A DNA stretch of 51,321 bases, taken from contig PLXX01000072.1 of the NCBI GenBank assembly GCA_003153275.1, positions 1,661 through 52,981 on the forward strand, read 5' to 3'. Positions within the stretch are counted from its first letter, which is position 1. Each line of letters starts with the position of its first letter. Source of the stretch: Nitrospiraceae bacterium (GTDB taxonomy: Bacteria > Nitrospirota > Thermodesulfovibrionia > Thermodesulfovibrionales > UBA6898). Shown in pieces: positions 45,113 to 51,321 of the stretch. A program made the translations under genes and the position numbers. Below the pieces are notes generated by a model. That model ran no database searches, was not told where the DNA came from, and saw nothing but the letters and a program-made list of their open reading frames with translations.

Positions 45113-47473
45113 ATGTTCAAATCTCCTGCTAGGGTTGTTTTTGTTTTTCTTCTCTTTTTTTCACCGCTGGCATTCGGCACGGTCGAAACCTGGTCGCTGC
45201 TGATAATGGAAACGCTTTCGATCTTTGCACTCATATACTATCTGGCAGTGGAAAAGCGGGCTGGTCCTTTTTATCACGTGCCGGGCATTCTGCCGCTGCT
45301 CTGTATAGGCCTGTATCATCTGCTCCAGATTGTCCCTCTTCCCGCCGGTCTTGTCGCCCTGATATCGCCCGAAACATACCGGCTTCATGAGTTGACAGGG
45401 GATATCGCTAAAGTACCTGATTGGATCTCCCTGTCTGTCCGGAAAAAAGAGACTGTTTCTGAATTCTTCAGATTCGCCTCTGCGGCTGCTTTCTATGTCC
45501 TTACGGTCCAGCTCTTTTCACAGAAAGAGATGCTCAAGAGGACTATAATAACCCTTACCGCCTTTTCCGGCTTTCTTGCCTTTCTGGCCATTATGCAGTA
45601 TCTGTTCTATAACAATAAGATCTACTGGATCAGGGAGCTTACGCTCGGCGGTTTGCCGTTTGGGCCTTTTGTGAACAGGAACCATTATGCAGGCTTCATG
45701 GGGATGGTATTTCCCCTTGTTCTTGGTCTGTTCCTGTTCTATAAGCCACAGGTGTCGTATGCGTCCCTGCGGGAAAGACTGGTAGAGCTGTTCAGCAGGC
45801 GGGGAACGAATATGTATATACTCATCGGTCTGGCGTTGGTACTAATGGCTGTTTCGGTCTTCCTCAGTCTTTCGCGGAGCGGGATCGTCAGTCTTGGGCT
45901 CTCGATAACCTTTTTCGGCCTTATGCTATCTGCCGCGAAGACGGGAAGCAGGAGGGGGGTCGTTATTGTGATCATCTGTATCCTGATCCTCCTCTCGGTC
46001 GGCTGGTTTGGCTGGGAGCCGATCGTCGCGCGTTTTGAGAAAATACGCAATCCCGTGGGGAACATCGCTGACATGAGGCCGACGATCTGGAAGGACACCG
46101 TCCCGATGATCAAGGACTTCCCTGTTTTCGGGACGGGGTTCGGCACGTATATCGATGCATATACGAAATACCGGACATTGCCGGGCGAGACGATTGTTGA
46201 CCACGCACATAATGATTATCTTGAACTGCTCTCCGATGGCGGCCTGATCGGCTTTCTGCTTTTTGGCTGGTTCTTTGCTGCCGTAGGCATACGTTCCTTC
46301 AATACTTTCAGAAAGAGGAAGGAGCTCTATTCGATCTATATCTTCATCGGCAGCCTTTCGGGGATCGTCTACATGTTTTTTCACAGTGTGACGGACTTTA
46401 ACCTGCATATAGGATCAAACGGTCTTTATTTCTTCTTTCTTGCCGGTATCATGGTCTCATCAGCGCATACTAGGCTGCGGAACGGCCTTGTCCCAACGTA
46501 TCTGAAGCCTGTCGAAGGATCGCCTTCTCAGGGAGGTCTGTCAAAGGCGGTTCTGTTGCAGATTGCCCTGCTGAGTGCCCTTCTTATGGCCTGCCTGGTA
46601 TTTCATACCGGAGCTATCATAGGAAAATACTATTATTCCTCTCTGAGGGATATACGGCTTGATCAACTGCCCGATAAGAAGGACCTTCTTCTTGTGCAGG
46701 ATACCGTACAGAGGGCGATCATGTTTGACCCCCTTGAGCCGGACTACCGGCTTGCAGGCGCTGGTGTTGAGATGAAGGTGTCAGGCCCGGCAGCCTCGCA
46801 GGACGCCTACCGGCAGGTCATAGCGATGGCCCCGTTCAATGCCGGGTATGTACAGAGGCTTGGACTGGTCAGCTCAGAGCTGGGGGAGGTTGAGAGGGCG
46901 GAGAGGCTCTTGAGGCTTGGCGTAGCTCTTGACAGGAACGGCTCATCAGTACATAAGACCTATGCGTTCTGGTTGTTGGCTCATAACAGGAAGGCAGAGG
47001 GGATGGCCAATATAAAGACCGCGCTTTCTATAGACCCGAGCAGGACCAGGGAGTACATAACCCTTATGGTCCTGAACAAGCTAAGTAACAAAGAGATAGC
47101 CGCGGCCATGCCGGATCTGGTCCAGCCACATCTCACGTTTGCCGACTTTCTGTTCAAGACCGTCAACGATGAAATGGCGAATGAGGAATATCGGAGGGCC
47201 TTTGACTTTGTCAGCAATGAAAAAGATGTAAGCCAAGGTTATTTTTTCCAGGCAAGCAACTATTTCTTGCAGAAAGAGATGTATGATGATGCGATAACGA
47301 TTATGAGAAAGGGAACAGAGGCATTGCCTAATGACATAGCGCTGAGGCTTGCGTTTGGTGATATCTATGAAAAAATGGGAACGAGGCATCGGGCAGTTGA
47401 AGAGTACGAAAAGGCGCTGGTGATCGACCCGGACAATAGGGATGCACGCAGGAAAATCGATGCTGTCCGATAA
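45113..47473 (+). CDS. O-antigen ligase family (Wzy_C) membrane protein fused to C-terminal TPR repeats
   Basis: About 12 TM segments with RNHYAGFMG and DHAHNDYLELLSDGGLIGF (Wzy_C motif region). The ~300-aa soluble C-terminus has TPR-like repeats (…AVEEYEKALVIDPDNRDARRKI). Confidence 0.85.
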   Translation: MFKSPARVVFVFLLFFSPLAFGTVETWSLLIMETLSIFALIYYLAVEKRAGPFYHVPGILPLLCIGLYHLLQIVPLPAGLVALISPETYRLHELTGDIAKVPDWISLSVRKKETVSEFFRFASAAAFYVLTVQLFSQKEMLKRTIITLTAFSGFLAFLAIMQYLFYNNKIYWIRELTLGGLPFGPFVNRNHYAGFMGMVFPLVLGLFLFYKPQVSYASLRERLVELFSRRGTNMYILIGLALVLMAVSVFLSLSRSGIVSLGLSITFFGLMLSAAKTGSRRGVVIVIICILILLSVGWFGWEPIVARFEKIRNPVGNIADMRPTIWKDTVPMIKDFPVFGTGFGTYIDAYTKYRTLPGETIVDHAHNDYLELLSDGGLIGFLLFGWFFAAVGIRSFNTFRKRKELYSIYIFIGSLSGIVYMFFHSVTDFNLHIGSNGLYFFFLAGIMVSSAHTRLRNGLVPTYLKPVEGSPSQGGLSKAVLLQIALLSALLMACLVFHTGAIIGKYYYSSLRDIRLDQLPDKKDLLLVQDTVQRAIMFDPLEPDYRLAGAGVEMKVSGPAASQDAYRQVIAMAPFNAGYVQRLGLVSSELGEVERAERLLRLGVALDRNGSSVHKTYAFWLLAHNRKAEGMANIKTALSIDPSRTREYITLMVLNKLSNKEIAAAMPDLVQPHLTFADFLFKTVNDEMANEEYRRAFDFVSNEKDVSQGYFFQASNYFLQKEMYDDAITIMRKGTEALPNDIALRLAFGDIYEKMGTRHRAVEEYEKALVIDPDNRDARRKIDAVR

Positions 47474-47491
47474 CAGGGGCAGACATATTGA

Positions 47492-48205
47492 ATGATTGAT
47501 CTTCACTGCCATATCCTTCCGGGGATAGACGATGGTCCTACTGATCCTGAGACGAGCCTGGTCATGGCAAAGATGGCGGCTGAAGACGGTATCAGCCGCC
47601 TTGTGGCGAGCCCCCACTACCGTTATGGTACAAGCCCTTCGGCGGAAGATATCCGTTTAAGGGTACTCCGTTTTAATGAGGAGCTCAGGCGTGAAGGGAT
47701 TTTGCTGGAAATACTCACAGGCGCTGATATCCATCTGACCTTTGAACTGCTAAAAGGGTTCGATACAGGTGACCTGCCAACGATAAACAGTACGCGTTAT
47801 TTCCTGCTCGAACTATCGACTTTGATGCCATCAAATGTCGAACAGTTTATCTTCAGGGCATTGACAAAGGGACTGGTGCCGATTATCACCCACCCGGAGA
47901 GAAATTACAGCCTGCTGACTTCAAGGGAGAAACTGATGAGCCTGCGGGAGACCGGAGTTCTTTTTCAGATCACGGCGATGAGCATAACCGGTGAGTTTGG
48001 TGAACAGGTAAAGAGCTATTCTGAGATGATGCTGAAGAAGGGATGCGTTGATTTTGTGGCGACGGACGCCCATGATCCCCTCCACCGGGCGCCGATCCTT
48101 TCGGCGGCATACCGTGATGTCTGCGATATCCTGGATAAACGACAGGCGGAGACGATCTTTTACAAAAACCCAGAGGCGGTCATTGCGGATGAGGAGATTA
48201 CATAG
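47492..48205 (+). CDS. CpsB/CapC/YwqE-type PHP-domain protein-tyrosine phosphatase
   Basis: MIDLHCHILPGIDDGP, ASPHY, ITHPERN, ATDAHD are the metal-binding motifs of the family. Confidence 0.9.
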   Translation: MIDLHCHILPGIDDGPTDPETSLVMAKMAAEDGISRLVASPHYRYGTSPSAEDIRLRVLRFNEELRREGILLEILTGADIHLTFELLKGFDTGDLPTINSTRYFLLELSTLMPSNVEQFIFRALTKGLVPIITHPERNYSLLTSREKLMSLRETGVLFQITAMSITGEFGEQVKSYSEMMLKKGCVDFVATDAHDPLHRAPILSAAYRDVCDILDKRQAETIFYKNPEAVIADEEIT

Positions 48206-48386
48206 CTGGTAAAAAAGCAGTGTCCAAGGGGACTGCCTGGACTCGAAAACAGGATGCTTCACCTCATTCTCCCGAACGTAAGGCAGCAATAAAGGTCTGC
48301 AGTAATCCTCTTTCCTGTAACCGGTGTGCCTTGTCCCGACGTCTAATAATCTAGAAGACTAAATGCTGAAATCGGGACGAAAGGCA

Positions 48387-48415
48387 TTGACTACAATGGC
48401 CAATGCGCCTATACT
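48387..48415 (+). promoter_or_regulatory. Candidate sigma70 promoter for the Big_2/NHL gene
   Basis: TTGACT (48387-48392), 17-nt spacer, TATACT (48410-48415). It lies ~130 nt upstream of the ATG at 48546. An AGGAGG RBS precedes the ATG. Confidence 0.4.
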
Positions 48416-48545
48416 AGAAAATATCATCAGCTTATACCCGTTTATGGTATTTCAGCTTCCGGGTACCAGAGGGGGATATGCCCTAATTCAGTCCCGGCCC
48501 CTATACTCATAATTTATATCATGCTGTTCAGCATGAGGAGGATGA

Positions 48546-49760
48546 ATGAAGCAAAGAATGGCTATTGTTTATGCGTTGTCTATCTGTTTACTTGTAGGTG
48601 TCTTGTGCAGCGGTTGTGGTCAGGGTTCGATTGCTTCGGTAACGGTAGCGCCGCTCACCGCCACTGTTCTCGTGGGCTCTACCCAGCAGTTTTTGGCAAC
48701 TGGTACCTATTCAAATAAATCGACATCTGACGTAACGGGCAGGGTGACTTGGACTTCATCTAATCCTGCGGTTGCAACGATCACCGGCGGGGGGCTTGCA
48801 ACGGGCATTACAGCAGGTAACACCATCATCACTGCCTCTGCTTCTTCCGGTGTTTCGGCGGTTGCTACGCTTATAGTGGGCCTGGCGTCGGTATTTTCTG
48901 TTGGTGCAAATCCGACCGATATCGCCATAGACGCTGCTGGTAATGCATGGGTGGCGAATAACGGCAGTAATAACGTTACCAGGTTGAGTCCGACAGGAGA
49001 GGTGCTTGGTGTCTTTGTTGTTGGTACAAATCCGACCGATATCGCCATAGATTCTGCTGGTAATGTATGGGTGGTGAACAGCGGCAGCAATAACGTTACC
49101 AAGCTGAGTCCCACGGGAGCAGTGCTCAGCGTTTTTGCTGTTGGTGCGCATCCGACTGATATCACCATAGATGCCTCGAATAACGTGTGGGTGGTGAACA
49201 GCGGCAGCAATAATGTTACTAAGCTGAGTTCCACGGGACTGTTGCTCGGTACCTTCGCTGTTGGGACCAATCCGACGCGCATAGCGATAGACGGGAAGGG
49301 TAATGCATGGGTGGTGAACAGTGGAAGCAATAACGTTACCGAGTTTAGTTCCACGGGGGTCTTTCTTGGCAACTTTGCCGTTGGCAATAACCCGCAAGGG
49401 ATAGCTGTAGATGGGGGCGGCAATGCATGGGTGTCTAATTATGCTGATGGCACAATAACGCAATTGAACCCCTCAGGGACGCTACTTGGCATCTTTGCTG
49501 CTGGCACCAATCCGCAGAGCATAGTGATAGATGGAGGGGGCAACATATGGGTTGCGAATTACGGTACCGATTCCGTTATGGAGTTGACCCCAACCGGAAT
49601 ACTTGTCGGAACGTTGATCGCAGGCAATAGTCCAACCTGTCTGGCCATTGATACTTCCGGCAATATATGGATCGCAAATAATCTGTCCGACACGGTGACA
49701 GTTCTGGCAGGCGCTGCAACGGGAAATTTTCATACATATGTTGGGCCTGTTTGGCCATGA
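48546..49760 (+). CDS. Probable lipoprotein with a Big_2 Ig-like domain and a seven-repeat NHL-type beta-propeller
   Basis: Signal peptide ending in LCSGCG (lipobox-like). Big_2: VTVAPLTATVLVGSTQQFLATGTYSN...VTWTSSNPAVATI. This is followed by 7 x 40-aa repeats of G.NP..IAID..GN.WV.N.GSNNVT.L...G...G.F. Confidence 0.85.
   Translation: MKQRMAIVYALSICLLVGVLCSGCGQGSIASVTVAPLTATVLVGSTQQFLATGTYSNKSTSDVTGRVTWTSSNPAVATITGGGLATGITAGNTIITASASSGVSAVATLIVGLASVFSVGANPTDIAIDAAGNAWVANNGSNNVTRLSPTGEVLGVFVVGTNPTDIAIDSAGNVWVVNSGSNNVTKLSPTGAVLSVFAVGAHPTDITIDASNNVWVVNSGSNNVTKLSSTGLLLGTFAVGTNPTRIAIDGKGNAWVVNSGSNNVTEFSSTGVFLGNFAVGNNPQGIAVDGGGNAWVSNYADGTITQLNPSGTLLGIFAAGTNPQSIVIDGGGNIWVANYGTDSVMELTPTGILVGTLIAGNSPTCLAIDTSGNIWIANNLSDTVTVLAGAATGNFHTYVGPVWP
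48891..49730 (+). repeat. Seven tandem 120-bp coding repeats (the NHL blades). The first four are highly similar at DNA level.
   Basis: Strings such as GGGTGGTGAACAGCGGCAGCAATAACGTTACCAAGCTGAGT recur with a 120-nt period. The long antisense ORFs at 48707-49423 and 48756-49463 are by-products. Confidence 0.85.
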
Positions 49761-49844
49761 TAGCGTATTTCAATGACCCCTACGCCGTACTTTCAAGACG
49801 GTAAACGGGGGGCCGAGTCCCAATGGGGACGCGAACATTTTTAA

Positions 49845-49874
49845 GGGGCTGCAGCAATGCAGCCCCTTTTTTTT
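49845..49874 (+). terminator. Rho-independent terminator
   Basis: GGGGCTGCA-GCAA-TGCAGCCCC is a perfect 9-bp GC-rich stem with a GNRA-type loop. It is followed by 8 T residues, ~85 nt after the NHL gene stop. Confidence 0.85.
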
Positions 49875-50101
49875 CATCATTCTGACAGAATTGTGACAAA
49901 TCCTTTTCCTTCTATGACATTGATAGCGTTGTATGTATCAGGCAATAGATGAGCATAATTTTTTTGGATCGCCAAAGTGGTATAAGGACTTACCTCCGTG
50001 TACATCAACCGATCTTCTGTCAAGAACCAAACGAATAGACTAGGCCTGTCAAATTTATGTCCAAAAGCAATTTTATCAAAAGGGTTCGGTGAACTGATTT
50101 A

Positions 50102-50989
50102 CTACAGAGGTTCGAGAAAATCGCAAGCATAATCGTCATCATCCGGTATGTCTATGAATTTTCCCATAACGGCCACCTGGTTAGTTCTAATCCGAAAATC
50201 CTTCAACGGTAAGCGCTTGCCGTTTATGGGCGTAAGCCACAAAAGATCTTGGAATTTGCCTGTCATGAGTTCAGTCTCTGAAATGAAGTGAACCATCTTT
50301 GCACGTGCCGTCGTGATAGAGCACTTGCGTTCAGATTGAACTATGTAATCATAAAAATTGCCTATTTGTTTCTCGTCTCTGACAATTGCCAGGAAATGGT
50401 TCTGGTGCCCCGAACTTTGTATTTTTCCCAATAAAGACTGCCCTTCCATATCCCCGCGAACGATTTCAATATCAACACAATGTCGGCCATGGTAAAAAAA
50501 GGCGAATTCACAGTCAGGGTATGATCTTCTCCTGTCACTTTGAGACCAGCTTTTTCCTGCCAATTTTCTCAGATAATGCTCCGGTCTGACGTAGATGATA
50601 TCAGCAGGATCGAAAGCAGCCAGGATCTTTCTCATCACAGACGCATACATGAGGTCATGTGTTTCATGGTCACGCTTAGGAAAGTGCTTCCATGCAGTCT
50701 CGAGAGTGAAGTAACGGAAATGCCCGATTACTTCCGCCGCGCCCTTGCTCGTGGCGATGACGATACGCTCATCTGACTTCGGCATGTTGCGGAGGTCGAT
50801 ATAGGCAATTTCTATCAAGTCGTTGATAATCTTGAGTGCCTTTCTTCTGGATGACTCCGGTTTTATTTTTACGTCATTTAGAACCTTTTCGTAAAGTTCG
50901 CGATCTGTAGCCAGACCTGGAATCAGGTAGTCAAGAACTTTACTTTGTGTCTCTGTGAGCTTCTGCACCTTCTTATTGCCAACGACCAC
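50102..50989 (-). CDS. Hypothetical protein, possibly replication-relaxation (Replic_Relax)/PD-(D/E)xK-like with an N-terminal wHTH
   Basis: GTG start with an AAGGAGGG RBS 8 nt upstream. N-terminal LTETQSKVLDYLIPGLATDRELYEKV is HTH-like. HDLMYASVMRKI...YPDCEFAFFYHGRHCVDIEIVRGDMEG resembles the H..., PD... and E.DRGTE motifs of that family as I recall them. Confidence 0.3.
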   Translation of the reverse strand: MVVGNKKVQKLTETQSKVLDYLIPGLATDRELYEKVLNDVKIKPESSRRKALKIINDLIEIAYIDLRNMPKSDERIVIATSKGAAEVIGHFRYFTLETAWKHFPKRDHETHDLMYASVMRKILAAFDPADIIYVRPEHYLRKLAGKSWSQSDRRRSYPDCEFAFFYHGRHCVDIEIVRGDMEGQSLLGKIQSSGHQNHFLAIVRDEKQIGNFYDYIVQSERKCSITTARAKMVHFISETELMTGKFQDLLWLTPINGKRLPLKDFRIRTNQVAVMGKFIDIPDDDDYACDFLEPL

Positions 50990-51321
50990 TTCTCAAGCCC
51001 TCCTTTTCCAGCGACCTTAAGTCTGCATCAAATACTTTTTCGCGTTTTTGTCGGGCTGAACTTCACCCCTAAAACCGATCTATATATAGGATAATCATCC
51101 TGGCATATTTTAACAACGGGAGACGACAGGTATTAGCAGGGGGATTTGCAGCTGAACAGATCGTCTGGGAAACTGCAAAAGACACATCTTATGATAAGCA
51201 AAGTGGAAACCGCTTGGCAGGTCATCGGGAAGTTGTAGGCCAGATGTGTAAGTATTATCGATGGCGGAGGGGGTCCCGGTGACGCAGGTAGCTCAAACTT
51301 AGAGGACTCGGCAAGATCAAG

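Noticed and set aside
40423-48205. Exosortase/PEP-CTERM system
   Set aside because: The EpsD/E/F/G/L-like gene content suggested it. No exosortase (EpsH-like multi-TM protein) and no ORF ending in a PEP-CTERM sorting signal is present in the window, so it is only mentioned as a context to check.
48707-49463. Two long antisense ORFs (238 aa and 235 aa) opposite the NHL repeat gene
   Set aside because: They are periodic low-complexity translations created by the 120-bp tandem repeat. The plus-strand frame encodes a textbook Big_2/NHL protein with a signal peptide, RBS and terminator.
1-51321. CRISPR arrays, rRNA or tRNA genes, integrase or transposase genes
   Set aside because: I scanned the intergenic regions by eye. 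There are no spaced short repeats, no cloverleaf-like or rRNA-like segments, and no full-length recombinase ORF. This absence comes from visual inspection only, not from tRNAscan or Rfam.

Overview
Almost the whole window is cell-envelope glycan biology, and no rRNA, tRNA or CRISPR array is visible. All calls are by eye, with no searches run.

- **1-640:** nothing I can support.
- **~640-29,900, glycan-assembly island:** about 29 kb, almost entirely on the plus strand. It is bracketed by a ~94-nt imperfect direct repeat (639-731 and 29801-29894). The repeat duplicates the upstream region and first 13 codons of the ydcF-like gene at 29855.
  - **Left edge:** gene remnants are interleaved with a mazEF-type and a hicB-type TA module. 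The remnants are a wHTH fragment, an RfaH/NusG-like KOW-only fragment, the C-terminal third of a UDP-sugar 4-epimerase, a hicA stub and a possible flippase fragment.
  - **Regulatory region:** a sigma70-like promoter, an ops-like element (GGCGGTAGCCTG) and a MarR-family EPS regulator.
  - **Transport and assembly:** Wzm/Wzt, where Wzt has a C-terminal glycan-binding-type domain, plus ten glycosyltransferases. These include a WecA/MraY-type initiator with a C-terminal extension and a very AT-rich WecF (GT56)-like enzyme.
  - **Modification:** six methyltransferases (one frameshifted), a DegT aminotransferase plus an LbH acetyltransferase, and a PIG-L deacetylase plus a FemAB/CelD-like acyltransferase.
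  - **Other:** an O-antigen-ligase-family protein with a decayed paralogue, and an NTP_transf_5 protein.
- **30.9-35.9 kb:** a gmd-fcl-manC-manB GDP-fucose operon.
- **35.9-39.7 kb, minus strand:** a tight four-gene envelope operon. It encodes a SurA/EpsD-like chaperone, a HAMP-only membrane protein, an HExxH protein and an MsbA/PglK-type ABC exporter.
- **39.9-48.2 kb:** a small Cys-rich secreted protein, an OM beta-barrel, a Wza-like exporter, a Wzc-like BY-kinase, a Wzy_C-TPR fusion and a CpsB-type phosphatase.
- **48.5-49.8 kb:** a Big_2 plus 7xNHL lipoprotein encoded by 120-bp tandem DNA repeats, followed by a strong intrinsic terminator.
- **Right end:** a replication-relaxation-like ORF.

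The leads most worth following are the repeat-bounded island, the ops-like element beside a decapitated RfaH-like gene, the relics of a Wzx/Wzy pathway inside an ABC-transporter locus, and the uncharacterised four-gene envelope operon placed back-to-back with the export genes.
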